A stretch of DNA of 64,000 nt from Terriglobia bacterium (GTDB lineage Bacteria; Acidobacteriota; Terriglobia; JAJPHL01; JAPKYU01): NCBI GenBank assembly GCA_965223005.1, contig CBDCVK010000010.1, positions 1,408,001 through 1,472,000 on the forward strand, given 5' to 3'. Under the pieces are notes generated by a model. It was not told the DNA's origin, ran no database searches, and saw nothing but the letters and a program-made list of their open reading frames with translations. Both the position numbers and the translations under genes were made by a program. Below, piece after piece: positions 18,486 to 27,638 of the stretch. Positions within the stretch are counted from its first letter, which is position 1. Every line of letters begins with the position of its first letter.

Positions 18486-19583
18486 ATGCGAGTGACGTTT
18501 TGGGGCGTGCGGGGTTCGATGCCAACCCCGCACCCACGCACGCTAAAATACGGTGGTAACACACCCTGTGTGGAGATTGAGACCCCGCAGGGGCATACCA
18601 TCATTCTGGACTGTGGTACCGGAATCACCCACCTGGGCAAGCTGCTGGCCGAGAAGACACCCCCTAAAGGGTTGCATCTGATGGTCTTTCTGACCCACTT
18701 TCATTGGGACCATATCCAGGGCCTGCCCTTCTTCACACCCCTCTACGATCCTCGGACCCAAGTTTTCTTCCACTGCTTCGAGGCCCATGGACTCACAGCC
18801 AAGGACGCATTGGGTGGGCTGATGCTCACGCCGTTCTTCCCTGTGAACATGAGCATGATGAAGGGCAGCAAGAACTTTTACATCATCGGAGAAGAGCGGC
18901 TGAAAGTGTTTGACGTGGAAATTTCCTCCCGCTACCTGAACCACCCGCAGGGCTGCCTGGGCTACCGGGTGGAGTCGGAAACTGGCGTCTTTGTCTACGC
19001 CACCGATCACGAGCACGGCAATGCAACCCACGATGCCAGCATCCGCAAGCTGGCTCAGGGAGCAGACATCCTGGTCTATGATGGCCAGTACACGCCGGCC
19101 GAATACCAGACCCATGTCGGCTGGGGGCATAGCACCTGGGAGGAAGGCATTCAGGTGGCCCAGGACGCCGACGTCAAGGAGTTGGTTCTGTTTCACCACG
19201 ACCCGGACCACTCCGACCTGTTTGCAGACAAGATGTTGCTGGAAGCCCGAGCGTGCTTTCCCCATGTGCATGCAGCCATCGAGGGCACCACGGTCAACTT
19301 TGAACGGCAAGAGCGGGGGGGCAGCTTTCGCGGACGAATGGAGCAACGCTATTCTCAGAGGGTCCCGTTGGAGCATCCTATCCGGGTCAGTTTGCAACGG
19401 GTCGGTCAGACTGAGGGTGAAAAAACCACGCTGGGAGACCTAAGCCTGGATGGTTCCTTTTTCCTGGTGGGTCACGACTGGGATATCGGTACGGAACTGG
19501 ATGTGGAGATTGAGGTTCCCGTTGGCAAGAAAGGCCCGACCGAGAAGCTGCACATGCGCGGCACCGTAGCTCGCAGCGAGTGA
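18486..19583 (+). CDS. Metallo-beta-lactamase-fold phosphodiesterase with C-terminal PilZ domain, truncated by IS3
   Basis: FWGVRGS, GGNTPC, THFHWDH, TDHEH, WGHST, LFHHDP; PilZ motifs RYSQR and DLSLDG; the stop TGA is the first 3 nt of the IS. Confidence 0.88.
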   Translation: MRVTFWGVRGSMPTPHPRTLKYGGNTPCVEIETPQGHTIILDCGTGITHLGKLLAEKTPPKGLHLMVFLTHFHWDHIQGLPFFTPLYDPRTQVFFHCFEAHGLTAKDALGGLMLTPFFPVNMSMMKGSKNFYIIGEERLKVFDVEISSRYLNHPQGCLGYRVESETGVFVYATDHEHGNATHDASIRKLAQGADILVYDGQYTPAEYQTHVGWGHSTWEEGIQVAQDADVKELVLFHHDPDHSDLFADKMLLEARACFPHVHAAIEGTTVNFERQERGGSFRGRMEQRYSQRVPLEHPIRVSLQRVGQTEGEKTTLGDLSLDGSFFLVGHDWDIGTELDVEIEVPVGKKGPTEKLHMRGTVARSE

Positions 19584-19662
19584 GCCTGATCCGATTCAGT
19601 GGACGGTTTAGTTACGTTGGTTGAGTCTCTCTCTTTTTTCTTCCTTTCATGAACGCGATAAT

Positions 19663-19758
19663 GGGTGTGGACGCTGTGGGAAACCGCGTTCTGTGCGGTT
19701 TTCCAAGTCACTCGTGGACGCGTTTTCCGCGTCCACAGGGACGGCAGCGTCCATGCCC
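19663..19758 (+). other. Multibranched stem-loop inside the IS3 end, candidate structured RNA
   Basis: 14-bp closing stem (19663-76/19745-58) enclosing 11-bp (19677-19705) and 9-bp (19714-36) hairpins; mismatches resolve as G-U only on the plus strand. Confidence 0.55.
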
Positions 19759-20615
19759 TACGCCGCCACGCGTCGCTCGAAGGCGGCCGGACTGATCTGG
19801 CCGAGCGTCGAGTGGCGCCGCCGCTGGTTATAGAACACTTCGATGTAGTCGAATAACTCCATCTTGGCCTCGCCGTTGCTGTCGAAGTGCTCGCGGAGTT
19901 CGCTCTTGACCGTCGAGAAGAAGCTTTCCATCACGGCATTGTCGTAGCAATTGCCCCGGCGGCTCATGCTACAGATGATACCGTGTGTGTCGAGCACGTC
20001 TTGGTAGTCCTCGCTCGCATAGGTGCCGCCCTGGTCGGAATGGTGCAGCAGACCGGCGTCGGGGCAGCGGCGCTTCAGCGCCATCTGGAGCGCCTTGATG
20101 GTCAGATGGCGGTCGTTGACGGCGCTCACGGCCCATCCCACGATGAACCGGGAGAACAGATCCAAGATCGCCGCAAGGTAGAGCTTCCCGCTGCCGCCGA
20201 TGACGAACTCCGTCGTGTCGCCGACCCACCGTTGATTCGGCGCGGCCGCCTCAAAGTGTCGGTCCAGGAGATTGGCCGCCACCGGTTGATCGTGATCACT
20301 CATCGTGGTGAGCTTGTACCGCTTGCGCCGCCGCGCCTTCAGCCCGTCTTTCTGCATCAGGCGCACGACCCGTTTGCGGCTGACGTGCTCCTCCTGCTCA
20401 AGGAGATCCTCGTGAACGCGCGGGCTGCCGTAGCGCTGCTTGCTCGCCTCAAACGACGCCCGCACCAGCACGGTCAGCCGGCGATCCTCGCGTGCATGCG
20501 TTGATTCTGGACGCGCGCGCCAGGCGTAAAAGCCACTCCGCGTGACGTCGAGCCAGCGGCAGAGCTTCGTGAGCGGGTAGGTGGCCTTCTCCGCCTGGAT
20601 CCACGCGAACTTCAC
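19758..20615 (-). CDS. IS3 transposase OrfB (DDE integrase core)
   Basis: YGSPR, WVGDTT, LDLFSR, HHSDQG, GNCYDNAVMESFF, YNQRRRHS. Confidence 0.95.
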   Translation of the reverse strand: MKFAWIQAEKATYPLTKLCRWLDVTRSGFYAWRARPESTHAREDRRLTVLVRASFEASKQRYGSPRVHEDLLEQEEHVSRKRVVRLMQKDGLKARRRKRYKLTTMSDHDQPVAANLLDRHFEAAAPNQRWVGDTTEFVIGGSGKLYLAAILDLFSRFIVGWAVSAVNDRHLTIKALQMALKRRCPDAGLLHHSDQGGTYASEDYQDVLDTHGIICSMSRRGNCYDNAVMESFFSTVKSELREHFDSNGEAKMELFDYIEVFYNQRRRHSTLGQISPAAFERRVAA

Positions 20616-20929
20616 AGGTGGTCCTTCGCGAAGAAGGCCGTGGCTTTTTTTAGGACGTCGCGCTCCATCCGCAGCTCGCGATTGTCTTTGCGTAGGCGCG
20701 CCAGCTCGGCGCGCTCCTCGGTCGTCAGCCCCGTCTTGCCCTTCGTCCGATCGGCACGTGCCTGCTTCACCCACTGCGCCAGGGCCGATGGCGTCAGATC
20801 CAACTCGCGCGCGACGGCGCCGACCGTCTTGCCCGCATCCAAGACCAGCCGAACGGCTCCGATCCGGAACTCCTCACTGAACTGTCGTCGCGCCCGTCTC
20901 CCTGCCTTCGTTGATCCCATTCTGGACAT
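20612..20929 (-). CDS. IS3 OrfA (HTH + leucine zipper), with -1 frameshift site to OrfB
   Basis: RRQFSEEFR, VARELDL, LRMERDVLKKA; A7G slippery run at 20651-20644; GTGA overlap with OrfB. Confidence 0.93.
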   Translation of the reverse strand: MSRMGSTKAGRRARRQFSEEFRIGAVRLVLDAGKTVGAVARELDLTPSALAQWVKQARADRTKGKTGLTTEERAELARLRKDNRELRMERDVLKKATAFFAKDHL

Positions 20930-20978
20930 CGTATCCGCCTTTCGGAACGTGTCCACGAAACCGGATCAAGCCCACGAG

Positions 20979-21059
20979 AAGGTGGGGGGACAGACCGGAA
21001 TCGGCGTGAGTTTCCGCGCGCGGGCCTCCACTTCCGACACTTCCGACACTTCCGAGTAG
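20979..21059 (+). pseudogene. Detached 3' end of the MBL-PilZ gene
   Basis: Removing the IS and one CGAG restores ...GTVARSE-KVGGQTGIGVSFRARASTSDTSDTSE*, including the PilZ terminal GxGxxF strand. Confidence 0.9.
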
Positions 21060-21067
21060 TTATCTGT

Positions 21068-21333
21068 TTGACCGCCGTTGAACCCCCTTCGGGCAAGCCG
21101 GGGGAGAACGTCACCGCTACCGGCGAAAACCCGGACAAGTAAAGCTGGATAAGTCCAAGGTCGTCGCCGTCTTCGGTTCCGATGCCAAGTCCGACTACAA
21201 CGTGAAGGTGCTGGAGCAGACCCCTGAGAAGATCGTCTTTAGCGTGCCCTCGGGGAAGCCGGCCAGCTACAACGTCTCCCTGCAAGTGCGCAACGAGATT
21301 CATATTCAGCCCGTTCGCCTCAACGTGGAGTAG
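21068..21333 (+). pseudogene. IPT/TIG-domain protein remnant (frameshifted, no N-terminus)
   Basis: LTAVEPPSGKPGENVTATGEN + 14-nt insert (21131-44) + LDKSKVVAVF...EQTPEKIVFSVP...QPVRLNVE*. Confidence 0.7.
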
Positions 21334-21353
21334 GAACGTCCCAGGGCACGGAG

Positions 21354-21405
21354 TGCCCCGGGGGCGGATTCGAAGCCGCGCGTCCCATTCGGGACACGGA
21401 TTTTA
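21354..21405 (-). pseudogene. Degenerate 3' half of a tRNA-Leu (att-site-like remnant)
   Basis: Minus strand TAAAA-TCCG-T-GTCCC GAAT GGGAC (long variable arm)-..TTCGAATCCGC-CCCCGGGGC-A; no 5' half present. Confidence 0.6.
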
Positions 21406-21672
21406 TACCCGATCATGATTGACCGCCGAGCGCTCTCCCTTCGGCAGCGCGCGCAAGTCCGGCATTCGTATGCCGAGCGGAGAAGGGCGATGGCGTATGA
21501 TTGTGCCGGTAGTGTAAGATTCCTCGAAATGGCTCTACGATACGGCGGTACGCTTCAGCGCAAGCATCTTGATGCTGGAAATCGAAGTAACGTTGCAGAA
21601 AGCAAGAAACGGTCCTGGAAACGAGGGCCGCATCGGCGAATCCAAGAACCTTGGTAAAGAAAGGTAGGCGCC

Positions 21673-22254
21673 ATGGCACTGACGGAATCAACGATGGTCG
21701 GACTCGGGACAGCCGCTCCCGATTTTCAACTGCCGGATGTGGTTTCGGGCAAAAGCGTCAGCCTCCATAGCTTCGTCGCGGACAAAGCGCTCCTGGTGAT
21801 GTTCGTCTGCCCCCACTGCCCCTACGTGCAGCATGTCAAACACGAACTGGGCCGGTTGGGACAAGACTATGCCGGAAAGTCCCTCGGTATAGTGGCAATT
21901 TCGTCGAATGATGTCGCTCAATTCCCTGACGATGCCCCTGACAAAATGAGAGAGATGGCAGTGGAGCTCGGGTTTCGCTTTCCCTTCTGTTACGACGAGA
22001 GCCAGCAAACGGCCAAAGCCTATACTGCAGCCTGCACGCCCGATTTCTTCCTTTTTGACCAGAAGCGCCGCCTCGTTTACCGGGGTCAGTTGGACGATAG
22101 CCGACCCGAGAGTCCGAAACCTATCACGGGCCGTGATCTGAGGACCGCGATGGACGCAGCACTCGCGGGCCAAGCAGTCCACTCGGACCAGAAACCCAGC
22201 CTTGGCTGCAACATCAAATGGAAGCAGGGAAACGAGCCACCGTATTACAAATAG
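21673..22254 (+). CDS. Thioredoxin-fold redoxin (AhpC/TSA family)
   Basis: APDFQLPD, CPHCPYV, ISSND, ACTPDFF, YRGQLDD, SLGCNIKWK. Confidence 0.9.
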   Translation: MALTESTMVGLGTAAPDFQLPDVVSGKSVSLHSFVADKALLVMFVCPHCPYVQHVKHELGRLGQDYAGKSLGIVAISSNDVAQFPDDAPDKMREMAVELGFRFPFCYDESQQTAKAYTAACTPDFFLFDQKRRLVYRGQLDDSRPESPKPITGRDLRTAMDAALAGQAVHSDQKPSLGCNIKWKQGNEPPYYK

Positions 22255-22350
22255 GCTTTGGAATATGAGTGAAAACGAGCCGGTTTTAACTCGTATACGA
22301 AGCGCGTGGTTGTCCAAACCAACCAGGCCAGCTTGAAAGGAGCCGTTCGC

Positions 22351-23238
22351 ATGAACGTACGTATTGGCACGTCCCCCGATTCCTGGGGGGTTTGGTTTGG
22401 GAGCGATCCGAAACAGATTCCGTGGCAGCGGTATCTGGACGAGGCGGTGATTGCCGGCTACGAATGGACCGAACTGGGACCCTACGGGTACCTGCCCACC
22501 GACGTGTCCCAGTTGCGCGGTGAACTGGAGCGCCGGGGGCTCAAGGTGCCTGCCGGCTTCGCCATAGGACGTCTGGATGACCCTGCGCAGTGGACCAAGT
22601 TAGAACACGAGGTGGTCGGGGTTTGTGAGAGCCTCCGCGCCCTGGGCGGACGCTTTGCCATCCTGATCGACGACCTTTACACGAACCCGTTCACTGGCGA
22701 ACGCATCGCTCCGGCGAAGCTGGATTCAGACGGCTGGAAACGGCTGATCGACAACACTCACCGGGTTGCCGATATCGTGCACGACCGGTACCGATTGAAA
22801 ATGGTGTTCCATCCGCACGCCGAGACGCATGTGGAGTACGAAGACCAGATTGAGGTTTTCCTGGAGCAGACCGATCCCAAACGCGTTTTTCTCTGCCTGG
22901 ACCCGGGCCATCATGCTTATCGCGGCGGCGATCCAGTCCGCTTCATGCGGCGGCACCACCAGCGGATCCCCTACATGCACCTGAAAAGCGTGGACCCTGA
23001 ACTGCAAAAGAAAGTGGAAGCCGAGAAGATCCCCTTCGCACACGCGGTGGCCATGAATTTGTTCTGCGAGCCATCCGTCGGCGCAGTTGACTTTCCCGCA
23101 TTCCGCGACGTTCTCCGCGACATTGATTATGACGGCTGGGCCACAGTGGAGCAGGATATGTACCCAGCTCCCTTCGATAAGCCGCTTCCGATCGCCAAGC
23201 GGACCCGTGAATACTTGCGGGAAATCGGAATCGGATGA
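22351..23238 (+). CDS. IolE-like inosose dehydratase / TIM-barrel sugar enzyme
   Basis: PDSWGVW, TELGPYGYLP, FHPHAET, CLDPGH, HLKS, TVEQDMYP; AAGGAG RBS. Confidence 0.8.
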   Translation: MNVRIGTSPDSWGVWFGSDPKQIPWQRYLDEAVIAGYEWTELGPYGYLPTDVSQLRGELERRGLKVPAGFAIGRLDDPAQWTKLEHEVVGVCESLRALGGRFAILIDDLYTNPFTGERIAPAKLDSDGWKRLIDNTHRVADIVHDRYRLKMVFHPHAETHVEYEDQIEVFLEQTDPKRVFLCLDPGHHAYRGGDPVRFMRRHHQRIPYMHLKSVDPELQKKVEAEKIPFAHAVAMNLFCEPSVGAVDFPAFRDVLRDIDYDGWATVEQDMYPAPFDKPLPIAKRTREYLREIGIG

Positions 23239-23343
23239 AACTGGGTCCGGCACAGGGACGAGGAGGCAGCGCGCCGCCTCTGGACAAGCCAGAGAACGGA
23301 TCGGAAACGTGACCGTGCGGCCTCGTCCAGAAAGGAGGCTCAG

Positions 23344-24354
23344 GTGAAACTTGGTGTGATTACGCTCAACCTGGGAAACTTTGAGTTCGAAGAAGGCCTA
23401 CAGTATGCCCAGAAGCTTGGGTTGCAGGCTCTCGAGGTTGGAGGCATTGGACTCTGGCCCAAGAAGTACTGCGACCCGGACAAGCTTGTTCGGGACAAAG
23501 GCGAGGTCGACCGATGGCTGGACGCGTTCGCCCACCATGACCTCGAAATCAGTGCACTGGGCGGACACGGAGCCCCTCTCACGCCGGACAAAAAGGCTGC
23601 CGCAGAGTATTCGCGACAGTTTCGGCAGGCATGCAAGCTGGCGGAAATGTCTGGGATTAAGCGAATGACCTTATTCGCGGGCCTGCCGGAAGGCGCCGAA
23701 GGGGACACGGCTCCGAACTGGGTCGCCTTTATCGAGTGGCCCTTCTTGCGCGACACCTTGGAGTGGCAATGGGAGAAGCGGCTTCTTCCCTACTGGCGAG
23801 AGCACGGGAAGATCGCCAGCGATCACGGGCTGACGCTCTGCTTCGAGATGCACGGCGGGGATCTGATTTACAATCCGCCGACCATGAAGAGGCTGCGAGA
23901 GGAGATCGGCCCGGTCGCCGCGTGCAATTTCGACACCTCACAGATGTGGTTCCAGGGAATTGACCCGGTTGAGGCACTTCATGACCTGGGTCCGCTGGTG
24001 CAGCACGTTCATGCCAAGGACACACTGATCCATGATCATCACGCCCGGGTTCGTGGTCTGATGGACTCGGCCAGTTTTGAGCAGCCTGCGAATCGCGCCT
24101 GGACCTACACGATACCCGGTTGGGGACATGACCAAATTACCTGGCGCCAGTTCGTCGTGACGCTCCGATTGATCGGTTACGACCACGTGCTCTCAATCGA
24201 AATGGAGTGCGAATACATGGAGATGGCGGAGGGTCTGGAAAAGTCGGTCTCTTTCCTCAAGCCGATCTTGCTTGAGCAACCGACAACTTCGAAATGGTGG
24301 AAGGTTGCACAGCATGGGAGGGCCGGCAGCCTCTCGCAGGACAGCATCGGCTAA
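23344..24354 (+). CDS. Sugar phosphate isomerase/epimerase (paralog of 10282-11250)
   Basis: ISALGGHGAPL, EMHGG, NFDTSQMWFQG, HVHAKD, LSIEME; AGGAGG RBS. Confidence 0.82.
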   Translation: MKLGVITLNLGNFEFEEGLQYAQKLGLQALEVGGIGLWPKKYCDPDKLVRDKGEVDRWLDAFAHHDLEISALGGHGAPLTPDKKAAAEYSRQFRQACKLAEMSGIKRMTLFAGLPEGAEGDTAPNWVAFIEWPFLRDTLEWQWEKRLLPYWREHGKIASDHGLTLCFEMHGGDLIYNPPTMKRLREEIGPVAACNFDTSQMWFQGIDPVEALHDLGPLVQHVHAKDTLIHDHHARVRGLMDSASFEQPANRAWTYTIPGWGHDQITWRQFVVTLRLIGYDHVLSIEMECEYMEMAEGLEKSVSFLKPILLEQPTTSKWWKVAQHGRAGSLSQDSIG

Positions 24355-24499
24355 TGGCAAGCCCGCAGTGTGCTCGGCCACGAATCGTTCCCATTACGAT
24401 TCCGCGATGCTGACAAAAGATGCCGAACGTCAGCCGCCCGTTCGGATTTGAGGTAACTATGCTAGGGAAGCGGAGCGTCGGCAAGAAAATCGTGAAGTT

Positions 24500-25633
24500 C
24501 TAGGAAGTATCCAGGTTCCCAGTCCAGAACGAACTGATCAGCCGGTTGACTTTGGCGGAAGCTTCCATCTGCACCATGTGGCCGCTTCCGGCAATGATCT
24601 CGGTGCGGACGTTTCCCGGCAGGCCCTGCGCTTGGGACACGGGAATAACACGGTCTTCCCCGCCCCAAATCACCAAAATGGGCACCGACAACTCGCCGAG
24701 CCGATCGCGAAACACACTGGCTTGCCGCCCACCGGGACAGAACTGAGCGGCGATCGTACGCAAGGCTAGGTCAACCCCGTCGAGGCGTTTGTACTTGAGA
24801 ATGTCGTCGACGAGCTGTCGGCTGACCAGCGACGGATTGGCGAACAGCTTCTCAAGGTGCGGCTTGATGTCCTTGCGCCTCTCGGCCTTGAGGAAACCAT
24901 TGATGTAATCCCCGTCAATCTCTGGACCCAGCCCGCCGCTGGCAATCAGCACGAGCGACAAGGTGCGGTCGGGGTGGGCCAGAGCGAATTCCAGGGCAAT
25001 CGCTCCCCCCATCGAGTGACCTACCAGGTGCGCTTTGGGCGCCGTCACGGCGTCCATAAGGCCCCCTAGCGCCCGGACGAACTCCTTGAGGATGCCGTCG
25101 CCGACGTTTTTCGATGAGCCGCCATGTCCCGGCAGGTCCAGCGTATAGACGACTCGGTTTGCGGACAGCGGCTCGTGATTGAACAGCCAGTTGTTGAGGT
25201 CGCCGCCGAAGCCGTGAATTAGGATGGCCGGCTCTCCACCTTCCCCGCGCCTCAGATAGCGCAGGGTCTGGCCATGGACCTCTTGCATCTCCGGGTTGGG
25301 ACCGGCAATTTCTTCCTCGGCCTCCTCAGGAACAAAGCTTGCTTGAAAGTCAGCGATGAAGGCGTCGATTTCCGAGTCGGGTACCGAAGCGTCGGCGATC
25401 ACCGCGACAAGGCCGGCGACCGGCACCACCTGGCCTGGCTTAGCCACCTTACGGCGCAGGATGCCTGCCTGGGATGCTTCCAGTGCGCTTGCGATCTTCT
25501 CGGTCTCGATCTCGACTACCTCAATCCCCGGCTGGACCTCGGCCCCTTCCTCCACCAGCCAGTCGCCGACCTTGCCCTCCTTCATGGAGAGTCCCCATTT
25601 GGGCATGGTGAGCTTCTGGATGCCGGCGCTCAT
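24500..25633 (-). CDS. acoC: Acetoin dehydrogenase E2 (lipoyl domain + alpha/beta hydrolase)
   Basis: MPKWGLSMKEG, lipoyl ETEKI, HGFGGDLNNW, GHSMGG, GHMVQME. Confidence 0.92.
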   Translation of the reverse strand: MSAGIQKLTMPKWGLSMKEGKVGDWLVEEGAEVQPGIEVVEIETEKIASALEASQAGILRRKVAKPGQVVPVAGLVAVIADASVPDSEIDAFIADFQASFVPEEAEEEIAGPNPEMQEVHGQTLRYLRRGEGGEPAILIHGFGGDLNNWLFNHEPLSANRVVYTLDLPGHGGSSKNVGDGILKEFVRALGGLMDAVTAPKAHLVGHSMGGAIALEFALAHPDRTLSLVLIASGGLGPEIDGDYINGFLKAERRKDIKPHLEKLFANPSLVSRQLVDDILKYKRLDGVDLALRTIAAQFCPGGRQASVFRDRLGELSVPILVIWGGEDRVIPVSQAQGLPGNVRTEIIAGSGHMVQMEASAKVNRLISSFWTGNLDTS

Positions 25634-26634
25634 CTCACCACATCGCGAACCGCCGCGGCGATCCGGCTGGCATCGGGAATGTACAGGTTCTCGAGCGTGT
25701 CACTGAAGGGCACCGGCGTGTGGGGAGGGGTCACCATCTTGATCGGCGCCTTGAGCGAGGCGAAACCGTTCTGGGCGACGAGGGCCGAGATGTCGGTCGC
25801 CATATTGCAGCGTGGCGATGCCTCATCCACCACCACTAGGTGGCCCGTCTTCTCCACACTTTCCAGAATGGAGTCCTCATCCAGCGGCGAGGTGGTTCGG
25901 GGATCGATGATTTCGCACTCGATCTTTTCCCTCGCCAGCGCCGCCGCGGCTTCCGAGGCCATGTGGACCATCCGGCCGAAGGCAACGATCGTTACGTCCT
26001 CGCCTTCTCGCACGAAACTGGCTTCGCCGAAGGGCACCGTGTAGGACTCCTCGGGAACCTCGCCCTCGATCGAGTAGAGCATCTTGTGCTCGAAGAACAG
26101 GACCGGATCGTTGTCACGTATTGCCTGAATGAGAAGCCCCTTGGCGTCGTAGGGCGTTGTCGGGATGACGCATTTCAGCCCCGGGATATGGGTGAAGATC
26201 GGGTACAGGCACTGGGAGTGTTGGGCGGCGGCGCGAAGGCCAGCACCGATCATGCTACGGATCACCACCGGAGTGGTGGCCTTGCCGCCAAACATATAGC
26301 GGAACTTCGCGGCCTGATTGTAGATCTGGTCGAAACAGACGCCCATGAAGTCGGCGAACATCAGCTCGACCACCGGCCGCAGTCCCGCGGTGGCCGCGCC
26401 GATGGCCGCGCCGACAAAGGCCGACTCGCTGATCGGCGTGTCCATGACGCGGTCGCCGAACTTGTCCCACAACCCCTTGGTCACGCCGAGCGGGCCGCCC
26501 CAGGAGTCCATCTCGACATCGGTCCCGCTGCCTCCGGCAACGTCTTCGCCTATGACCACAACTGTCCTATCCCGCTCCATCTCCTGCGCCAGGGCCTCGT
26601 TGATTGCCTGCTTGAAGCTGATTTTTCTAGCCAT
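25630..26634 (-). CDS. acoB: Acetoin dehydrogenase E1 beta subunit
   Basis: DTPISESAF, LMFADFMGVCFDQIYNQAAKFRYMFGG, AAQHSQ, FFEHK. Confidence 0.92.
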   Translation of the reverse strand: MARKISFKQAINEALAQEMERDRTVVVIGEDVAGGSGTDVEMDSWGGPLGVTKGLWDKFGDRVMDTPISESAFVGAAIGAATAGLRPVVELMFADFMGVCFDQIYNQAAKFRYMFGGKATTPVVIRSMIGAGLRAAAQHSQCLYPIFTHIPGLKCVIPTTPYDAKGLLIQAIRDNDPVLFFEHKMLYSIEGEVPEESYTVPFGEASFVREGEDVTIVAFGRMVHMASEAAAALAREKIECEIIDPRTTSPLDEDSILESVEKTGHLVVVDEASPRCNMATDISALVAQNGFASLKAPIKMVTPPHTPVPFSDTLENLYIPDASRIAAAVRDVVR

Positions 26635-26669
26635 TTCGTGCCTTTAGGTTTCGATCAGGTGTTGGCCAT

Positions 26670-27638
26670 TCAGTAGGACTCGTAGACGTCGGTTAGCAAA
26701 TCGGCCGTGACCGGCTTGGGGGCTTTCTTGGCTTGAGTCACAGCATCCTCGATCAGCGCTGCTGACTCCTGGTCGATTTTCTTCAGCTCTGTCGGGGCGA
26801 CTAGCCCGGCCGCGGTGAGTTTCTTCGCGAGGTTGGTGAGGCAGTCGCGGGACTCGCGAATCTTTTTCACCTCATCGGGTTGGCGGTAGGTTTGCGCGTC
26901 ACCTTCGAAGTGCCCGAAGTAGCGGTTCACCTTGCATTCGATCAGCGTCGGGCCCCCTCCCTCGCGAGCGCGCCGGATCGCTTCGCCGGCGGCTTCGTAG
27001 ACAGCGAAGAAGTCGTGACCGTCCACCGTTACGCCCGGCATGTTAAAACCGTTCGCCCGATCCGCGATGTCCTGGCACGCGACCGAGTACTTGCAAGATG
27101 TGGCCTCGGCATACCCGTTGTTCTCGATCACGAAGATGCACGGCAGCTTCCAGATCGACGACAGGTTCAGACTCTCCAACAGCGTGCCCTGGTTTGAGCC
27201 TCCATCGCCAATGAAGCCTACGGCGACGTTCCTGGTGCCCAGCTTCTTCGCCGCCAACCCGGCGCCGCAGACCAACGGCGCCCCGCCGCCCACGATGCCA
27301 TTGGCGCCCATCATCCCTTTCTCCAGATCCGCGATGTGCATCGAGCCGCCCTTGCCGCTACACAGGCCGTTCTTCCTGCCGTAAATCTCCGCCATCATGC
27401 CGTACGCGTCGCATCCCTTGGCCAGGCAATGGCCATGGCCCCGGTGTGTGCTGGAGATCTTGTCCCCATCGCTGAGGTGCATACAGACCCCGACCGCGAT
27501 CGCCTCCTCGCCCGCGTAGAGATGGACGAATCCCGGAATTTCGCCGGTGGCGAACTCGATGTGGATCCGCTCTTCAAACTCCCGGATTGTCTTCATGGTC
27601 CGGTAGGCTTTCAGTAGCTCATCCTTACCGAGCTGCAT
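26670..27638 (-). CDS. acoA: Acetoin dehydrogenase E1 alpha subunit
   Basis: GEIPGFVHLYAGEEA, STHRGHGH, GKGGSMH, GDGGSNQG, ENNGYAE, GHFEGD. Confidence 0.93.
   Translation of the reverse strand: MQLGKDELLKAYRTMKTIREFEERIHIEFATGEIPGFVHLYAGEEAIAVGVCMHLSDGDKISSTHRGHGHCLAKGCDAYGMMAEIYGRKNGLCSGKGGSMHIADLEKGMMGANGIVGGGAPLVCGAGLAAKKLGTRNVAVGFIGDGGSNQGTLLESLNLSSIWKLPCIFVIENNGYAEATSCKYSVACQDIADRANGFNMPGVTVDGHDFFAVYEAAGEAIRRAREGGGPTLIECKVNRYFGHFEGDAQTYRQPDEVKKIRESRDCLTNLAKKLTAAGLVAPTELKKIDQESAALIEDAVTQAKKAPKPVTADLLTDVYESY

Larger units (their letters stand above)
19581..20974 (-). mobile_element. IS3-family insertion sequence, 1394 bp, apparently intact
   Basis: TG...CA ends; imperfect IRs TGAGCCTGATCCGATTCAGTGGAC / TGGGCTTGATCCGGTTTCGTGGAC; 4-bp target duplication CGAG (19577-80, 20975-78). 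Confidence 0.97.

Noticed and set aside
19581-19583. In-frame TGA followed by hairpins as a selenocysteine recoding site
   Set aside because: The TGA is the IS terminus, shown by the inverted repeats and the CGAG target duplication
21413-21691. Small ORFs upstream of the redoxin gene
   Set aside because: No motifs or convincing RBS; probably promoter or junction DNA
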